A stretch of 63,010 nucleotides of DNA, filler included, from Folioceros fuciformis (Eukaryota), in the NCBI GenBank assembly GCA_049999805.1. It is 39 parts of 39 records of this genome, joined end to end, with 100 filler letters (N's around TTAATTAATTAA, not from the genome) between each part and the next. Parts side by side here need not be neighbours in the genome. Positions count along the whole stretch, not along the records: positions 57,535 to 58,771 come from JBNGIO010002492.1; positions 58,872 to 60,085 come from JBNGIO010002493.1; positions 60,186 to 61,413 come from JBNGIO010002494.1; positions 61,514 to 63,010 come from JBNGIO010002496.1; 35 more parts are not named here. One strand, 5' to 3'. A program made the position numbers and the translations under genes. The notes below the pieces were generated by a model. It worked only from the letters and a program-made list of their open reading frames with translations. It was not told the DNA's origin and did not search any database. Positions 58,454 through 63,010 of the stretch are shown piece by piece. Positions within the stretch are counted from its first letter, which is position 1, and each line of letters begins with the position of its first letter.

Positions 58454-59808
58454 TCGAATAGAGGGACGGGCCCAACTCTGGGAAGCGCTGCTTCCCTCGT
58501 ATGGAGAAGCAGCTGCGTCCCTGCTTCTGCTTGTGTGAAACCGCGGTCCATGTGCAGACGTCGTGTTTATACATTGTACGTACCAGGAGAGTTGGAGGCG
58601 TGCGTAACTGGACATCTCTGTACATGTAAAGAAAGGTCCACACATTTGGAGGAGGCAGCAGAGGCCGAGGCTGCAGAGCCCATCAATCTTGGGGATATCA
58701 AATCAACAAAGGTAGGATTTCCCGCTACACGAAAGCCCCGCACCTCCGCAACCGCAATTGCTGTTGTGCCTNNNNNNNNNNNNNNNNNNNNNNNNNNNNN
58801 NNNNNNNNNNNNNNNTTAATTAATTAANNNNNNNNNNNNNNNNNNNNNNNNNNNNNNNNNNNNNNNNNNNNTCCTTACATTTTCTTTTTTAGTGTATCTT
58901 GAGGTGTGTGCGGTGGTCATATGGCATTTGTATACTAAAATATCCAACGTGAAGGGTTCTATCTTATATTCAAGCAAAACCCCTCTCTCTCTCTCTCTCT
59001 CACACACACACATCAATCGTCACAACTTTGTGTTCATAGATATTTTTAATATATTTTTAAAAACTATATATTATTTTTATTATATCACTATAAAATTAAA
59101 AATATGGCACCCATCTTCGAATTTACTACATCCTAACATGTAATATAAAATCCATTCATTGTATAATTTGCTCATCAGGTAATATTTAAATTTTGTTAAG
59201 CAATAGTTCTTTTTTTTGGTAATTTTTAACATCATAATAAACAAATCTTGAAATTTAATTAAATATTAATACTAAGAATATTTGTCTTCTGGATCTCATA
59301 AGGAATCCTACATGTTTTAAGTACCTAGGTTATAACTTTGTCAAGGAAATGTATTACCAAAAGTTCTTATACGGATGATGTGTCACAAAAATTCATGTAC
59401 CAATAACAATGTCACCAAAAAATTCTTATACACCATTCAAAATGACATCAAAATTTCTTACAGCAATGACAATGTCACCAAAAATGTTCTTGTACCAATG
59501 AAAAAGTTACCAAAAATTTTACTTAGTCAAAGACAATGTCTATTCCCCATTAAAATTGCTTGTTTCCAAGAACACTATGCATATGCATAAAAAACACTTA
59601 TGTAAAAAAATCTTATGATTCATTCCCTCCCAACTGCTGAGGAGATAATCTCAAGATATGTGAAAATCCAAGATAATTACATGAATCCATATAAGTCAAA
59701 TAATCTATCCAAAATTCAAGTACATTCTCATGCCTTCAAAGTATTCGATGAAATATGCAATTATTTCACTGATTTGTGAAATGTGTGACACATTAAATGT
59801 CTTGAATT

Positions 59809-60078
59809 CTATATTTGGTCCAATTCTTTATGTGCTTGAAGTTCATGGTACTTGTCTCCCATCTTTTCATCATATGGGCTATGAGTATGTTCCGGTGTCA
59901 AGTGAGCTACATCACATTGATGTTCTTGAGGTGTATGCACACCCATATCAGTTTTAGCTTTTGGAGGAGGTAGTTCAAGGTCCTCTGCTTTATCTTTTCC
60001 TTTTTTCTTCTTCTTTTTCTTTGGCTTTGGGATGTCAACAACTTGCTCTTCAACCTTTGGGGATCCTCCACAGCCCAA
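59809..60078 (-). CDS. Small lysine-rich ORF or terminal exon beginning (L)GCGGSPK
   Basis: Protein-like frame with a poly-Lys tract. First codon is TTG, 7 nt from the contig edge. Confidence 0.35.
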   Translation of the reverse strand: MGCGGSPKVEEQVVDIPKPKKKKKKKGKDKAEDLELPPPKAKTDMGVHTPQEHQCDVAHLTPEHTHSPYDEKMGDKYHELQAHKELDQI

Positions 60079-60185
60079 TTTGGAGNNNNNNNNNNNNNNN
60101 NNNNNNNNNNNNNNNNNNNNNNNNNNNNNTTAATTAATTAANNNNNNNNNNNNNNNNNNNNNNNNNNNNNNNNNNNNNNNNNNNN

Positions 60186-61413
60186 AATACTATTATAATA
60201 GTATATAGTAGCTTTATAAGAACTAATTCTACTAAGAAACTATTAGAATAGTTTAGAATAGCCTAGAATAGGCTTATAAAAACTACTTACTTCTTAATAA
60301 TATAAGAAAAAGATTTTAGAAAATCTATAACTTATATCTAAGCTTTATAAAACTCTAATTCTATTTTATAATACTTCTTATATCTTATAACTCTAAGCTT
60401 ATTAATACTAAGCTCTAGAAGTATAATATAAGTAATAGTATATTTAGAAATAATTTCTTTACTCTTACTAGCTTTCTTAGTAGAAAGAGTAATCTAATAG
60501 TATTTAGTAAGTTCCTAGTATTTTAGAAGAGTACTAAAATAGTACTTATTATTATACTAGTACTAAATAATATATATAGATACTATAATCTCTTTAAAGA
60601 TCTTTTTATATTATACTAGAATTTATAGAGAGTTAGAATAAGCTAGAATAAATTATTCTAGTCTTTACTAGAGTATAGTACTTATTAAAAAGTATTCTAA
60701 GCCTAGTCTATAATAGTATATATATTTCTAGTACTTTAACTTTATATCTTTAACTATAGTAAATACCTAATTAATAATTTTTTTAAAACTAGAAATAGTA
60801 AAGTCTAAGAAGATATAACTTACTTTACTATACTAATAGAAGTTATTCTTAATAAACTAGTCTATATAATAAGTATAGAGAAGCTTACTATATATACTAT
60901 AGTTAACTAACTTATTAAAGTAGACTTTATTACTAATAAATACTATAGTAGATTAAAGTAGCCTATAATAAACTTATAAAGACTTCTACTAGTTATAGTA
61001 AGCTATAAAAGTATAAACTAGGCTTAAATAGTTAGTAGATAGCTATATTAGAAGAAGTATAATTAAAAGAACTTACTATCTAATAGTTAATATTAAGATT
61101 AATAAAAAGGCGAAAAAATAGTCTAAAGTAAGCTATTCTAGTCTAGAATAGACTAGATCTACTTAAAGCTAGAAAGATAAGAAGTAGACTATTCTACTAC
61201 TAAAACTAGAAGAAAAACGTACTAAAAATTCTAATTAGTAAATTAAGAAAGTAAGAAATATAGATTTATAAAACTTATAAAAAAGCTTATTATAGTCTAT
61301 ATTTATACTAATATAAGTAAGAGCTACTAACCTAATCTAATATAAATTTATAAGTAAGAGTATAACTTAACTAAAGTAAAAGAAAATTTATAAAGTAAGC
61401 TATTATAGAGTAT
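60186..61413. mobile_element. RIP-mutated repeat, probably from a filamentous ascomycete
   Basis: Very AT-rich; by eye I found no CpA or TpG dinucleotide, with a large TpA excess. Nearly every C is followed by T and nearly every G is preceded by A. Confidence 0.85.
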
Positions 61414-62242
61414 NNNNNNNNNNNNNNNNNNNNNNNNNNNNNNNNNNNNNNNNNNNNTTAATTAATTAANNNNNNNNNNNNNNNNNNNNNNNNNNNNNNN
61501 NNNNNNNNNNNNNACAGCATTCTGTTTGCTTCACACAACACAGCATTCTGTTTGCTTCACGCAACACAGCATTTTTTTGCCTTCCTCAGCCAAATAGAAT
61601 GGTGTTCAGTATGCAACAATTAGCAAAGACTGGAGAAAGAACTGAATACTCAAAGTATACAATAATCAGCAAAGACTGGAGGAAAAACTGAACACTCAAA
61701 ATAGGATGTGAAGAAAATCTTTTCTTGAAAGATTAGAGAAAAAACTAAACACTCAAAAATAGGAAAGACTGGAAAAAGAACTAAACACTTAACACTTAAA
61801 GTAGGATATGAAGAAAATCTTTTCTTGCAGCATCCTGCTTAAATGTGCTTCAAAACACACAAACAAAATTGACCAGGGAAAAAAATAGTATTCAGAATGC
61901 AATAATTAAGAACTAAACAGTCAAAGTCAAGATACGAAAAAAACAACATCCTGCTCAAATGTACTCTAAAACGCACACAAAATACACCTTTTTTGTGTGC
62001 ATTTTATCCCCCTCTGGAAACAACAAAATACGCCATGAGCTGCCGATGCCATCTCATACGACACAGACAAAAACTGTTACGAGCGCCATGGAGCCAAGGC
62101 AGGCCCCAAAGAGGCCCACAGCGCCTCGAAAACATCGGGCCACTCTCCTCCACTATTTCTTCCTCACGGCGTCAGTGCCCCGTTCGCAGCTGCAGCTAGC
62201 ACTGTACAGAACCCGACCGGTACTTGGATGTCTTCCGGGGAG

Positions 62243-63010
62243 CTACTTCGGTAAATCTGGCCTCTTGTTTTGATTCGGAGATGGAAGCTGTAAGAATTGA
62301 TAGGCCCAGGCTCCTGCGACAGCTCCGATGACAGGGCCAAGAATGTAAATCCAGAGTCCTTTGTAGAAGCTGGCAGCCACAGCTGGACCAATCGATCTGG
62401 CCGGGTTCATGGACGCTCCCGAAACAGGCCTGGTAGAAAGGATTCACAAGGAACAAGGAAAGTGAGCCCATGGAGTTGAGCGAAATTGCTGCAGAAAGAG
62501 ATGCCATTGGCGTTTGCAGGGAGGACGACGCACCCCGCAAACAAGGCATCAAGTCCCACTGTGGATCCCACGGCCAGACCTGCGAACCCGGGAGCCTGTA
62601 ACAGTGCACGAATCATAAAAATCATGAAGATGCTGCCGTGTTCAAGCTTCCCTATTTGATCCCGATTGGCTTCACGCAACATGGAATTTGGTTGAATGAC
62701 GAGCTCGGAAACAAAAGACTTCACACGTTAGCTGCCAGTGATGCATTCACTAGCAATATGATGGAGCTCTACGTAGATCGCATGCAATTTTGGATAGAAG
62801 CAACTACTGTTGTCATGGGCAGGAAACACGGATTGCGGTAGACGTGAGAAGGGACGGAGAGATTTATTGACTGCTGTGCATGACAAAAATTTGGACGAGA
62901 ATCTGGTAGTTGGATTCGAATTTGAGCTTACCGCCATAGGATCAGTGGTGCCTGCGGCGACAAACATGAGGATGAACGTGGTGATGATCTCCAGCACTAA
63001 GGACTGCCAG
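62243..63010 (-). CDS. NIP-subfamily aquaporin, last three exons
   Basis: Exons 63010-62932, 62595-62534 (62 nt) and 62429-62243: [53 protein letters not shown]...LWIYILGP. Confidence 0.93.

Noticed and set aside
1955-61513. Regularly recurring TTAATTAATTAA as a biological repeat or CRISPR-like array
   Set aside because: Always centred in an identical 100-nt N block, so it is an assembly linker. ORFs ending in X...LIN are artefacts of it.

Overview
This is not one locus. It is 39 short unrelated contigs (about 1-6.7 kb) joined by 38 artificial 100-nt linkers (N44-TTAATTAATTAA-N44), so adjacency across a linker means nothing. Most contigs look like the nuclear genome of a non-seed land plant. 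A plastid fragment (rpl21-rpl32-trnP(GGG)-trnL(UAG)-ccsA, no cysT, many predicted C-to-U edits) points to an RNA-editing liverwort. Recognisable plant genes or gene parts: TL17.9, DCP2, RPL10a, alpha-expansin, PLATZ, a NIP aquaporin, CFIm68-like, a bulb-type lectin plus pseudogene, an APC/polyamine transporter, a Kelch protein, a broken isoflavone-reductase-like gene, and an exon resembling ion-channel/adenylyl-cyclase fusions. Non-plant material: two alphaproteobacterial-like contigs and one fungal repeat destroyed by RIP. Best novelty candidate: an intact short-LTR Ty1/copia element (45465-52097) with an extra 207-aa sense ORF between the PBS and gag and an antisense ORF downstream of pol that the ORF track misses. 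Other notable items: a fungal Tad1-like LINE fragment, a CRE-clade remnant, and a 563-bp TIR element with a 6-bp TSD inside a 29-bp minisatellite. All family calls come from motif recognition by eye; no database searches were run.
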